Position numbers and translations under genes: made by a program
Assembly (NCBI GenBank): GCA_965227515.1
Contig: CBDDFZ010000002.1
Span: 224,001-288,000, forward strand
Reading direction: 5' to 3'
Source of the DNA: Alphaproteobacteria bacterium
GTDB lineage: Bacteria > Pseudomonadota > Alphaproteobacteria > CALKHQ01
DNA: 64,000 nucleotides
Shown here: positions 37,690 to 47,124 of the stretch, in pieces
How positions within the stretch are numbered: position 1 is the first letter of the stretch
Layout of the letters: every line of letters starts with the position of its first letter
The notes under the pieces: generated by a model
The model's database searches: none
Told to the model about the DNA's origin: nothing
What the model saw: only the letters and a program-made list of their open reading frames with translations

Positions 37690-39365
37690 ATGCGCCGATC
37701 GGACTGATGCGCGCGGAAATTGGCCTTGTCGAGGGCGAGGGCGGCTGGCGGCGGCTGGATGCCAACGGCACGGGTTTCTGGATGCAGGGCTATGAGCAGA
37801 CCCGCGATGCCCGGGCCCTGGCGGCCGAAGCGGCGGGCGTGGCGGCCGATCCCGACCGGTTCGCCGAATGGCTGCGCGGTCTGGACGGTTTCTTCGCGAT
37901 TGTGGTCGAGGGGCCGGGATGGACGGCGGCAGCAGTCGACCGCGTGCGCAGCTCAGCCCTGCTCTACGCGCCGAACGGCGCTGGCGCGTCGATCGATCAG
38001 TCGGGGCCGCGGCTGGTGGCAAAGCTCGGCCTGGGGCCGGAAGATGCCGACCCGGACGGTACGGCAGCCATCGCCACCGCGGCTTTCAGCATCGGCGCCG
38101 ACACCGTCTATCGGTCCGTGCGCCAGCTCCTGCCCGGCCAGTTCCTGCACGTGAGCCCGGCGGGATTGAAGGTCGCACACTACCATCAGTGGCGGCCGTG
38201 GCAGCCGGTCGACGCCGACGCCGAGGACCTGGCCAGCGACCTGGCGGCGCTGCACGAGCGCCTGATCGACAAACTGATTGCCAGTGCCGGCGGCCGGCCG
38301 ATCCTGATCCCGCTGTCGGCGGGACTGGACTCGCGGATGATCCTCTCCGGCCTGGTCGCGGCGGGCTACAAGAACCTCCGCACCTTCGCGTATGGCCTGG
38401 ACGGCAACCGCGAGGCCATGGTCAGCCGGGATATCGCCAAGCGCCTGGGCGTGCCCTGGGACTTCGTGCCCTACACCATCGGCCGGCAGCGGCGCGCCAT
38501 GGCCAGCGCCCGCCACCGCCGGTTCGAGGACTACGCCGACAATCTGGTCGGCATCCACTTCCCGCAGGACTATCTGGCGGTCACCGAGATGGCGGCGCGC
38601 GGTTTGGCCCCGCCCGAGACCATCCTGATCAACGGCCAGTCCGGCGACTTCATCACCGGTAACCACATCCTGGCGCCATTGACCGAACCGGCACCGGAAT
38701 TGTCACCGGAGGCACGGCGCGATCGCGTCGTGGACACCCTGGTCGGCAAGCACTTCAAGCAGTGGGGCGCACTGCGCGAGAGCCCGGCCGTGGCGCGGGT
38801 GCGGCGGCGGCTGGCGGAAGAAATCGCGGCCATCGGCGGCATGCCGGACGATCCAGCCGGCGACCACGGCATCTACGAGTATTCCGAGTTCATCGACCGG
38901 CAGTCGAAATACGTCATCCACGGCCAGCGCTGCTATGAGTTCCTAGGCTACGACTGGCGGCTGCCGTTGTGGGACCGCGACTATCTCGACTTTTGGGAGC
39001 GCGCACCGCTCAGCGCCAAGCGCGGGCAGAATCTCTACCGCACGGTGCTGGAGCGAATGAACTGGGGCGGCGTGTGGCGCGACATCCCGGTCAATCCATT
39101 GCGGGTGCGGCCGGGTTGGCTGGTGCCGATCCGCCTCGCGGTGAAGGCGGCGCACGCGCCCTTGGGCAAGGCGCGCTGGCATCGGTTCCAGCGCCGTTAT
39201 CTCGGCTACTGGATGGCGCCGATCTGCTCATTCGCGCCGTGGCCCTACGGGCGCATCGTGCGCGACCGGCGCGATGCCGCCACCGCGCTCGGCTGGTATG
39301 CCGAGACCTATCTGAACCGCAAGGGCATCGGCTGGGACGGCGCGCCGCTGGCACGTCATGGCTGA
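37686..39365 (+). CDS. Asparagine synthase-related ATP-dependent amide ligase lacking the N-terminal Cys
   Basis: LDGFFAIV, VDRVRS, PLSAGLDSR PP-loop, NGQSGDF, RQSKYVI, WRLPLWD. Confidence 0.85.
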   Translation: MNAPIGLMRAEIGLVEGEGGWRRLDANGTGFWMQGYEQTRDARALAAEAAGVAADPDRFAEWLRGLDGFFAIVVEGPGWTAAAVDRVRSSALLYAPNGAGASIDQSGPRLVAKLGLGPEDADPDGTAAIATAAFSIGADTVYRSVRQLLPGQFLHVSPAGLKVAHYHQWRPWQPVDADAEDLASDLAALHERLIDKLIASAGGRPILIPLSAGLDSRMILSGLVAAGYKNLRTFAYGLDGNREAMVSRDIAKRLGVPWDFVPYTIGRQRRAMASARHRRFEDYADNLVGIHFPQDYLAVTEMAARGLAPPETILINGQSGDFITGNHILAPLTEPAPELSPEARRDRVVDTLVGKHFKQWGALRESPAVARVRRRLAEEIAAIGGMPDDPAGDHGIYEYSEFIDRQSKYVIHGQRCYEFLGYDWRLPLWDRDYLDFWERAPLSAKRGQNLYRTVLERMNWGGVWRDIPVNPLRVRPGWLVPIRLAVKAAHAPLGKARWHRFQRRYLGYWMAPICSFAPWPYGRIVRDRRDAATALGWYAETYLNRKGIGWDGAPLARHG

Positions 39366-40101
39366 AGATTTCACGGCGGCCGGATACCGCGCGCTGGTCG
39401 AGGCGCTGTTGGCGCGTGGCTATGAGGCCATAGGCTATGCCGATGCGGACCCCGACGCCGCGCACCTGATCCTGCGCCACGACGTCGATATGTCGTTGCA
39501 GGCGGCGGTCGCGCTCGCCGAGGTCGAGCGCGCCATGGACGTATCGGCGCACTACTTCGTGCTGCTACGCACCGAGATGTACAATCCGCATTCCGCGGCC
39601 GGCCAGGCCGCCGTGCGCCGGCTCGCAGCACTTGGTCACCGGGTTGGATTGCATCTGGATGCGAGCCTTTATGAGGCCGACCTGGCGTCGCTGGACCGCG
39701 CCGCTGCTGAGGAATGCGCCATTCTGGAGCAGATCGCCGGGGCGCCGGTCGATCTCATCAGCTTCCACCGCCCCGCCCCTGCCCTTCTGGGCCATCCGGC
39801 ACGGCTCGCGGGCCGGCGTCACGCCTATGAGCCGGCGTTCTTCGCGGACATGGGTTATTGTTCCGACTCGCGCGGCGGTTGGCACCATGGCCACCCCTTG
39901 GACCACGAGGCGGTGGCCGAGGGGCGTGCCCTGCAGCTTCTGACCCATCCGATCTGGTGGGTCGGCGAGCGTGCCGCGCCGGTGCAGGAGCGATTGGAGG
40001 GTTTCGCCGCCGCACGGCACCGCCTGCTGCTCGACCAATTGGCGCGCAACTGCTCTGCGTTCGACGCCGACGCCGACGCCGCGGCCGCAAGGGTTCCATG
40101 A
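39358..40101 (+). CDS. Polysaccharide deacetylase-like (WbmS-type) protein
   Basis: LRHDVD, VGLH, SFHRP, YCSDSRG.W, QLLTHPIWW. Confidence 0.75.
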   Translation: MAEDFTAAGYRALVEALLARGYEAIGYADADPDAAHLILRHDVDMSLQAAVALAEVERAMDVSAHYFVLLRTEMYNPHSAAGQAAVRRLAALGHRVGLHLDASLYEADLASLDRAAAEECAILEQIAGAPVDLISFHRPAPALLGHPARLAGRRHAYEPAFFADMGYCSDSRGGWHHGHPLDHEAVAEGRALQLLTHPIWWVGERAAPVQERLEGFAAARHRLLLDQLARNCSAFDADADAAAARVP

Positions 40102-41066
40102 CGACGCGCAATGACATTCCCCTCTTCGACGTTGCGGTCGCGCCGTTGGACGAAGCGGCCGCGCTCGCCGCGCTGGCGGAGCATGGGTTCATCGTGCTGC
40201 GCGGGCTGTTCGCCCCCGATGCCCTGGCCGAGGCTAACGCGCGCATCGACCGTTTGGCGTCGGTGCCGGCGGTCGCGGGTGTGCCGGGCTACAACAAGGT
40301 CGACCACCCCAAGAAGCTGATGAGCCCGTTCGTCGCCGGCGGCGCGCTGGTGCCGATGTGCCTGGACGAGCGGGTCATCGGCCTGGTCGAGACCTATATG
40401 GCGTCGGAGTGCGTGCTGGCCGAGGCGAATGTGAAGATCGACGCCGGTGTCGGCTACACCTATTTCGACATGCATGCCGACTTCTCCGAGGGCTGGCGCA
40501 AGACGGCGGACGCCGAGACGGCGCTGACCGCCGACGACATGAAACAGCCGGTCGGCGTGGGGGCTGCGGTCTATATGCACGACACCGCGGAGGGGGCGTT
40601 CTCCTACTGCGCCGGGACCCACAAGATGATGGCGCCGCGCGGGCCGGACCTTTCGGCCTATCCCGCCGACGAGCGGCGTTCGATCATGGACAAGCGCGTG
40701 CGGGTGGACGGCCGGGCCGGCGATCTGGTGCTGTTCGACGACCGTGGCTTCCACGGACCCGACCAGCCGTGCCGCAAGAGCCGCCGCGTCATCTTGCTGG
40801 ACTACTACCGGGTCGCCACCTTCGGCCACACGCAGGTATCGCCGATGCAGGTGTGGTCGAACGACCTGGGCGGCCTGTCGCCCCGCCAGCTTCGCGTCCT
40901 GGGCGTCGGTGCCGACTACATGGTGGCGCCGCAGGACTACATGGGGACGCGGTTTCGCCGCAGCGGCATGTATCGGCCGGTGCGGATGCTGATCGAGAAC
41001 GCCTATCTGTGGCACCACTTCAAGCAGAAGATCAAAGCGTCGCTGCGCGGCGGCGCCAGGAGGTAG
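40098..41066 (+). CDS. Phytanoyl-CoA dioxygenase (PhyH) family Fe(II)/2-oxoglutarate enzyme
   Basis: HGFIVL, H-x-D (MHAD), GTHK, G.AGDLVLFD, distal HG, SRR. Confidence 0.85.
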   Translation: MTTRNDIPLFDVAVAPLDEAAALAALAEHGFIVLRGLFAPDALAEANARIDRLASVPAVAGVPGYNKVDHPKKLMSPFVAGGALVPMCLDERVIGLVETYMASECVLAEANVKIDAGVGYTYFDMHADFSEGWRKTADAETALTADDMKQPVGVGAAVYMHDTAEGAFSYCAGTHKMMAPRGPDLSAYPADERRSIMDKRVRVDGRAGDLVLFDDRGFHGPDQPCRKSRRVILLDYYRVATFGHTQVSPMQVWSNDLGGLSPRQLRVLGVGADYMVAPQDYMGTRFRRSGMYRPVRMLIENAYLWHHFKQKIKASLRGGARR

Positions 41067-41074
41067 ATTGCGCA

Positions 41075-42046
41075 ATGGCAACGCTGGCCCATAACATTTC
41101 CCGCCTCATGCCGGCGCCGATGGCGCGCAGCCTGCAGCCGCGCTGGCACCGATGGCGGGACACCGCCCTGTTCCTCACCAAATACGGTGGGCGATTGCGC
41201 TACGACCACGACCTGGATTGCCGGATCGCGGCGCGCAAGTTCGACGACCGTTGGATGGAGATCGCCGTCCGCTCGTACCGCGAGCTCAGGCGCTTCCTGC
41301 AATTCGGCGCCGACCCGAACGACATCCTGCACACATGGCTGCACGAAATCCGCGACGTCGAAGTGATGTACGACGTCGGTTCGGCCAACGGGCTGGAGGG
41401 CTTCCTGGTCCACCACCTGCACCGCGCCCGCATCGTGTTCATCGAGCCCTACACGCCCAGCATCGAATCGCTGCTGAAGACGCTCTACCGCCAGTGCCAG
41501 ACCAGCGGCGTGAAGGCCGAGGACTTCGATATCGTCCATGCCGGCTGCGACACCACCACCGGCTACAGCCGCCACATCTATCACTCGCTGCCGATCCCCG
41601 GCGAGACCGGCAACAGCTTCGCCGACCCGATGGCCTATTGCCGGGGCGGCAAGGGGCACCTGCCGGTGACCATGGGCCAGTGGACGGCCTCGGTCTCGCT
41701 GGACAGCCTGCACTGGGACTACGGCCTGCCGCTGGCCACCCACGTGAAGATGGACATCGACGGGTTCGAGAACCGGGCCATCGAGGGCGCGCAGAAGCTG
41801 CTGGCCACCGGGCACGTGAAGTCGTGGGCGCTGGAGCTGAGCGGCGAGGAGAACGTGGTGTCGATCAGCAAGGCGATGACCGATCACGGCTATGTCGAGG
41901 TCGCGTCATGGGAGCACTATCCCGACTACGAGCACTACACCGGCGACCACGTCTTCGTGCTCGAGGCGGATGCCGACAAGTGGCGCAAGCTATTCGCCGA
42001 GCGCCATGGCACGCCGTCGGTGGGGAATGCCTACGTTGGGCGCTGA
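41075..42046 (+). CDS. FkbM family methyltransferase
   Basis: YDVGSANG, IEP, VSLDSL, HVKMDIDGFE...IEG. Confidence 0.85.
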   Translation: MATLAHNISRLMPAPMARSLQPRWHRWRDTALFLTKYGGRLRYDHDLDCRIAARKFDDRWMEIAVRSYRELRRFLQFGADPNDILHTWLHEIRDVEVMYDVGSANGLEGFLVHHLHRARIVFIEPYTPSIESLLKTLYRQCQTSGVKAEDFDIVHAGCDTTTGYSRHIYHSLPIPGETGNSFADPMAYCRGGKGHLPVTMGQWTASVSLDSLHWDYGLPLATHVKMDIDGFENRAIEGAQKLLATGHVKSWALELSGEENVVSISKAMTDHGYVEVASWEHYPDYEHYTGDHVFVLEADADKWRKLFAERHGTPSVGNAYVGR

Positions 42047-42050
42047 ACCG

Positions 42051-43208
42051 ATGTTCGCACTGCCCGACGCGGACGTGCCGGAGCTGGAGTTCGCCGGGCT
42101 GAAGGCCCAGTACGCCGCCTTGCAGCCTCAGATCGCGGCGCGGATGGCCGGCGTGTTCCGCCACGGCCAGTTCATCATGGGCCCGGAGGTCGCGGAGCTG
42201 GAGGCGGCATTGGCCGAGTTCGCCGGCGTGGCGCATGTGGTCTCTGTCTCCAGCGGCACCGACGCCATCACCGCGCCGATGATGGCGCTGGGCGTGGGCC
42301 CTGGCGACGCGGTGTTCCTGCCTGCATTCACCTTTCCCGCGACAGCGGAGGTGCCGGCGTTGCTGGGCGCCGAACCGGTGTTCGTCGATGTCGATCCGCG
42401 CACCTACAACATCGACCCGGCGGACCTGGACGCGGCGGTAGCGAGAGTGGTGGCGGAGGGCAGGCTGCGACCGAAGGCGGTGGTGCCGGTCGACCTGTTC
42501 GGCCTGCCGGCCGACTACACGGCGTTGTCCGAAACCGCCGCGCGCCACGGCATGACGGTGGTCGCCGACGCCGCCCAGAGCTTCGGCGCCGCGCTCGACG
42601 GGCGCATGGTCGGTGGGCTGGCGCCGGTCACCGCCACCAGCTTCTTTCCCGCCAAGCCACTTGGTTGCTATGGCGACGGCGGTGCGGTGCTGACCGACGA
42701 CGGCGACCTGGCCGAGGCACTGAAGTCGATCCGCGCCCATGGCCGGGGCCGCGAGAAATACGCCATCGACCGCATCGGGCTCAATGCCAGGCTCGACACC
42801 TTGCAGGCCGCCATCCTGCTCGCCAAGCTGCCGGCACTGGCCGGCGAGATCGCGGCCCGCCAGCGGCTGGCCGACTTCTACGACCGCCATCTGGCGGAGG
42901 TGACGACCACGCCGGTGCGCTCGAACGCGGCGTCGTCGGCGTTCGCGCAATACACCATCCAGGTCGACAATCGCGACGCCGTGCAGGCCCGGCTGAAGGA
43001 CGCCGGCGTGCCGACCGCGATCTACTATCCATGCCCGATGCACATGCAGCCGCCCTATGCCGGCTATGCCGCCGGTCCCGGCTCATTGCTGGTCAGCGAG
43101 CGCCTGGCGGGCCGGGTGCTGGCGCTGCCGATCCATGGCTACATGGAAGAGGCCGTGGCGGAGAAGATCGCGGTCGCGGTCCGCGACGCCATCGTGGCCG
43201 AAAGCTGA
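42051..43208 (+). CDS. DegT family aminotransferase (WbpE/WlbC-like)
   Basis: LKAQY, HGQFIMGPEV, DAAQSFGA, TSFFPAKPLGCYGDGG, RLDTLQAAILL.K; start may be 42027. Confidence 0.92.
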   Translation: MFALPDADVPELEFAGLKAQYAALQPQIAARMAGVFRHGQFIMGPEVAELEAALAEFAGVAHVVSVSSGTDAITAPMMALGVGPGDAVFLPAFTFPATAEVPALLGAEPVFVDVDPRTYNIDPADLDAAVARVVAEGRLRPKAVVPVDLFGLPADYTALSETAARHGMTVVADAAQSFGAALDGRMVGGLAPVTATSFFPAKPLGCYGDGGAVLTDDGDLAEALKSIRAHGRGREKYAIDRIGLNARLDTLQAAILLAKLPALAGEIAARQRLADFYDRHLAEVTTTPVRSNAASSAFAQYTIQVDNRDAVQARLKDAGVPTAIYYPCPMHMQPPYAGYAAGPGSLLVSERLAGRVLALPIHGYMEEAVAEKIAVAVRDAIVAES

Positions 43209-43210
43209 GC

Positions 43211-44191
43211 GTGCCTGCAGTCGCTGCCATCGGTCTCGGCCATTGGGGCCGGAATCTCGCCCGCAATCTCGATGGGCTGGGTGCGCTTGCCGCATTGCAC
43301 GATGCCAGTGCGGAGGTGCGCGAGCGCTTCGCCGCGCAATATCCGCATTGCCCGGTGGTACCGGCGCTGGACCAGGTGCTCGGCGATCCGGCGATCGAGG
43401 CGGTGGCGATCGCGACCCCGGCGGCGACCCATGGCGATGTGGTCGCCCTGGCGCTCAATGCCGGCAAGCACGTTTTCGTGGAAAAGCCGATTTGCCTCGA
43501 CGTCGGCGACGCGCAGGCGCTAAAGGCGCAGGCGGACGGCGCGGGCAAGGTGCTGATGGTCGGCCACCTGCTGCTCTATCACCCGGCGTTCCGCGCCCTG
43601 TCGGCGGCGGTGCGCGCGGGCCGTCTCGGCCGCCTGCGCTACATCTATTCCAACCGGGCGAGCCTGGGCAAAATTCGCCGCGAGGAAAATGCGCTGTGGT
43701 CGTTCGCCCCGCACGACGTGTCGATGATCCTGAACCTCGCCGGGCGGATGCCGCGGCGGGTGATGGCGAGCGCCGGCACCTACCTGTCCGAAGGGGTCGC
43801 CGACACCACGCTCAGCCACCTCGACTTCGGCGACGGCGTGCAGGCGCACGTGTTCGTGTCGTGGCTGCATCCCTACAAGGAGCAGCGGCTGGTCGTGGTG
43901 GGCGATGCCGGCATGGCGGTGTTCAACGACGTGGCCGACGGGGCCGACAAGCTGCTGCTGTATCCGCACCGGGCGGCGTGGGACGGCGAGCTGCCGGTGA
44001 TCTCCAAGGCCGATGCCGAGCCCATCGCCTACCAGGCCGGCGAGCCGCTCAGGATCGAGTGCCAGGCCTTCCTCGACGCGGTTGCCGGCAAGGCCGCGCC
44101 ACCATCCGACGCCGCCGAGGGCATCAGGGTACTCACGGTGCTGGACGCATGCCAGCGCGCGATCACCGGCGGCCGCACGGTGGAGCTGTAA
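43211..44191 (+). CDS. Gfo/Idh/MocA oxidoreductase (WbpB/WlbA-like)
   Basis: G.GHWGRNL.RN, HVFVEKP, MVGHLL.YHP, ENALWSFAPHD, VSWLHPYKE. Confidence 0.9.
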   Translation: MPAVAAIGLGHWGRNLARNLDGLGALAALHDASAEVRERFAAQYPHCPVVPALDQVLGDPAIEAVAIATPAATHGDVVALALNAGKHVFVEKPICLDVGDAQALKAQADGAGKVLMVGHLLLYHPAFRALSAAVRAGRLGRLRYIYSNRASLGKIRREENALWSFAPHDVSMILNLAGRMPRRVMASAGTYLSEGVADTTLSHLDFGDGVQAHVFVSWLHPYKEQRLVVVGDAGMAVFNDVADGADKLLLYPHRAAWDGELPVISKADAEPIAYQAGEPLRIECQAFLDAVAGKAAPPSDAAEGIRVLTVLDACQRAITGGRTVEL

Positions 44192-44769
44192 TGGCGGCGC
44201 CCGACGCTGTCTTCGTGCACCCGACCGCCATTGTCGACGACGGTGTCGAGGTCGGGGCGGGCACCCGGATCTGGCATTTCAGCCATCTGCTCGGCGGCAC
44301 CCGGATGGGCGCGCGGTGCGTGGTCGGCCAGAACGTGATGATCGGCCCGCGCGTCACCATCGGCGACGGCTGCAAGCTGCAAAACAACGTCTCGGTCTAT
44401 GAGGGCGTGACCCTGGAGGACGAGGTGTTCTGCGGCCCGTCCTGCGTGTTCACCAACGTGTTGACGCCGCGCGCCTTCGTGGAGCGCAAGGACGAGTTCG
44501 CGCCGACGGTGGTGCGCCGGGGCGCCAGCATCGGCGCCAATGCCACTGTCATCTGCGGGGTTACCATCGGGCGCTACGCCATGATCGGCGCTGGCGCCGT
44601 GGTGACCCGCGACGTCGCCGACTTCGCGCTGGTGCTCGGCAATCCGGCGCGCCCGGCCGGCTGGGTCAGCCGCACCGGCGAGCGGCTGGGCGACGACTTG
44701 GTGTGCCCGCGCACCGGCGAGGCGTATCGCCGGGCCGGCGCCGGCCTTGTGCCGGTCGGCGACGACTGA
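44191..44769 (+). CDS. Hexapeptide-repeat N-acetyltransferase (WbpD/WlbB-like)
   Basis: IWHFSH, GQNV, KLQNNVSVYEGVTLEDEVFCGPSCVFTNV..PR, GASIGANAT. Confidence 0.93.
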   Translation: MAAPDAVFVHPTAIVDDGVEVGAGTRIWHFSHLLGGTRMGARCVVGQNVMIGPRVTIGDGCKLQNNVSVYEGVTLEDEVFCGPSCVFTNVLTPRAFVERKDEFAPTVVRRGASIGANATVICGVTIGRYAMIGAGAVVTRDVADFALVLGNPARPAGWVSRTGERLGDDLVCPRTGEAYRRAGAGLVPVGDD

Positions 44770-45218
44770 CGGCACCCGCGGCACTGCGCCACCCCGACAT
44801 CGTCGACCTGTCGCCCGCACGGGTGCGCGCCTCCATCGACCCGCTGCTGGAAATCGCCGCCGATGTGCCGGGCGAGTACTGGACCCTGCAGCACTTTCTC
44901 GCCGACCTGCCGGCGAAATGGCGGCTGTCGTTCGCGATGGCCGTGGCCGACCGGCCCGTCGCCTATGCCATCCAGTCCAGGAAGGAGCCGGCGACCTGCC
45001 ACCTGCACCACCTGATGGTGCATCGCGACTGGCGCGGCCGTGGGCTCGGCGCCGGCATGCTGGCGGAGATGGCGCGCCGCGCGCGGGCGGAAGACTTGCA
45101 GCGGATGAGCCTGAAGGTGGCCGCCGGCAACACCCGCGCCGCGGCGTTCTATCGCCGGCACGGCTACACGCTCAGCGGCCGCGACGGCGACTACGAGCGT
45201 TACGAGAAGCCGTTGTGA
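44766..45218 (+). CDS. GNAT N-acetyltransferase
   Basis: LMV..DWRGRGLG, LKV...N..A..FYRRHGY; start uncertain (CTG 44766 or nearby). Confidence 0.78.
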   Translation: MTAPAALRHPDIVDLSPARVRASIDPLLEIAADVPGEYWTLQHFLADLPAKWRLSFAMAVADRPVAYAIQSRKEPATCHLHHLMVHRDWRGRGLGAGMLAEMARRARAEDLQRMSLKVAAGNTRAAAFYRRHGYTLSGRDGDYERYEKPL

Positions 45219-45231
45219 CGACAGGTGCCTC

Positions 45232-45924
45232 TTGACGATCGTCGCCATCCACCAGCCGAACTACTGCCCCTGGCTGGGCTACTTCCACAAGATTGCGCGC
45301 GCCGGCGTGTTCGTGTTCCTGGACGACGTGCAGTTCAGCAAGCAGAGCTACATCAACCGGGTCCAGATACGCGGGGCGGGCGGCGGCGGGCCGCGCTGGC
45401 TCACACAGCCGGTCTCGGTCTCGCTCGGCCAAGCGATCAACGAGGTCGCGATCGCACGGCCGGACTGGGCGCGCGCCCACCTGGACACGCTGCGTGGCCT
45501 CTATCGCAATGCTGCTGCGTTCAAGGCGGCGTGGCCGGACGTGACCGCGCTCTACGACGACCTCGACGCGGCCAACGTGGCGCAAGCCAACCGAGCCCTG
45601 ATCGAACGGTTGGCGGCGCGCCTGGGGCTGGCGGCGGACTTCGTGACCTCATCGGACGTTGCGACCGGGGATGCGGCCGGCGACGACAGACTGGTCGCCA
45701 TCGTTGATGCGTTGGCACCGGGCGGCACGTACCTGTCCGGGCGCGGCGGCGGCAAGTACCAGGACCCGGCCAAGTTCGCGGCAGCCGGGCTGTCGCTCGT
45801 CACCACCGGCTTCCAGCACCCGTCCTACGATCAGGGCCAGCCGGACTTCGTGCCGGGGCTCTCGGTGCTGGACGCGGTGTTCCATCTCGGCTGGGACCGG
45901 ACCGCCGCGCTCCTGACCGGCTGA
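45232..45924 (+). CDS. WbqC family protein
   Basis: AIHQPNY.PWLGYF.KI, FVFLDDVQF, NR..I, YLSG, Y.Q, LSVLDA.F. Confidence 0.92.
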   Translation: MTIVAIHQPNYCPWLGYFHKIARAGVFVFLDDVQFSKQSYINRVQIRGAGGGGPRWLTQPVSVSLGQAINEVAIARPDWARAHLDTLRGLYRNAAAFKAAWPDVTALYDDLDAANVAQANRALIERLAARLGLAADFVTSSDVATGDAAGDDRLVAIVDALAPGGTYLSGRGGGKYQDPAKFAAAGLSLVTTGFQHPSYDQGQPDFVPGLSVLDAVFHLGWDRTAALLTG

Positions 45925-45925
45925 C

Positions 45926-47122
45926 ATGGCGCTGCGCGTCCTTTGCCTCGATATCGAGGGCGGCTATGGCGGCTCCTCGCGCAGCCTCTTCGAGACCGTG
46001 CGGCACCTGCCCGGCGACGTGGCCGCCGAAATCTGGTGCCGGCGCCAGGGGCCGATCCAGCCGCGCTACCGCGATCTTGGCGTGCCGTGCCGGGTAACCC
46101 CGGCGATGCCGCACATCAGCTCCCTGGCCCGCTTCAGCCGGAACCTCTACGTCTATGGGCGGTTTGCGCTGCGCTGGCCACGTTCGCGCGGGTTCCGCCG
46201 CAGCCTCGCCGACACCCTGTCCCGTGGCGACTTCGACGTGGTGCACCTGAACCACGAAGGCCTGTTCCTGTTGGGCCGTTGGCTTCGCCGCCGCCTGGGC
46301 CCGGCTTTTCCGATCACCGCCCACGTACGCACACACTTGCCGAGCACCGTTTTCTCGCGCTGGCAGTACCGCACCCTGGCCGGAGCGGCGGACCATCTGG
46401 TGTTCATCTCCGACATGGAACAGGCGAATGTCGCGCGGCTGGCCGGTGGTGGGCGCGCGGGGTCGGTGGTCACCAACATCGTTGCCGTGCCGGCGGACGT
46501 GAGCCCGGCGCCCGATCTGACGGCGGACCGCCGTTTCAAGGTGGCGGCGATGTCGAACTTCTCGTGGATGCGCGGCACCGACAGGCTGGTCGATGTGGCG
46601 GCAGCCATTCGGGCCCGCGGCCGCGATGACGTGCTGTTCGTCGTGGCCGGGCGGCACGAGCTCACGGGCAACTTGCCCGGCGAACTCGGGACCATCGCCG
46701 GTCGTGGCGGCACGCTGGTCGACTATGCGGAGGCGCGCGGTGTCGGCCCCATGTTCCGTTTTCTCGGCCACGTGGCCGACCCGTTTCCGATCCTCGCCGC
46801 GTCCGATGCACTGATGCGCCCATCGCGAGGCAACGACCCCTGGGGCCGGGAAGTGTTGGAGGCGATGGCGTTCGGGCTGCCCGTCGTCACCACCGGCACC
46901 TATGACCGTTTCGTGGAGGACGGTGTCACCGGCGTGTTGCACGCCGACTTCGACGCCGACCGGATGGCCGACGCGATCCTCCGCCTCGCCGACGACCCGG
47001 CAGCGGCCAGGCGCATGGGTGCGGCGGCGCGGGCGCGGGTGGCTGATTTGTGCGACGGCCCGTCCCGCGCGGCCGATCTGGCCGACATCTGGCGCGGCCT
47101 CGTTGCGCGGCAGCCGAGTTAG
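45926..47122 (+). CDS. Glycosyltransferase family 4
   Basis: GG.GGS.RSL, FLGHV, PWGREVLEAMAFGLPVV, DGVTG.L. Confidence 0.9.
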   Translation: MALRVLCLDIEGGYGGSSRSLFETVRHLPGDVAAEIWCRRQGPIQPRYRDLGVPCRVTPAMPHISSLARFSRNLYVYGRFALRWPRSRGFRRSLADTLSRGDFDVVHLNHEGLFLLGRWLRRRLGPAFPITAHVRTHLPSTVFSRWQYRTLAGAADHLVFISDMEQANVARLAGGGRAGSVVTNIVAVPADVSPAPDLTADRRFKVAAMSNFSWMRGTDRLVDVAAAIRARGRDDVLFVVAGRHELTGNLPGELGTIAGRGGTLVDYAEARGVGPMFRFLGHVADPFPILAASDALMRPSRGNDPWGREVLEAMAFGLPVVTTGTYDRFVEDGVTGVLHADFDADRMADAILRLADDPAAARRMGAAARARVADLCDGPSRAADLADIWRGLVARQPS

Positions 47123-47124
47123 CA

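Noticed and set aside
3837-44769. Long N-terminal extensions in the ORF track (for example 6817, 11726, 31047, 35254, 43057) suggesting fusion proteins
   Set aside because: The extensions overlap upstream genes in another frame; true starts coincide with stop/start overlaps.
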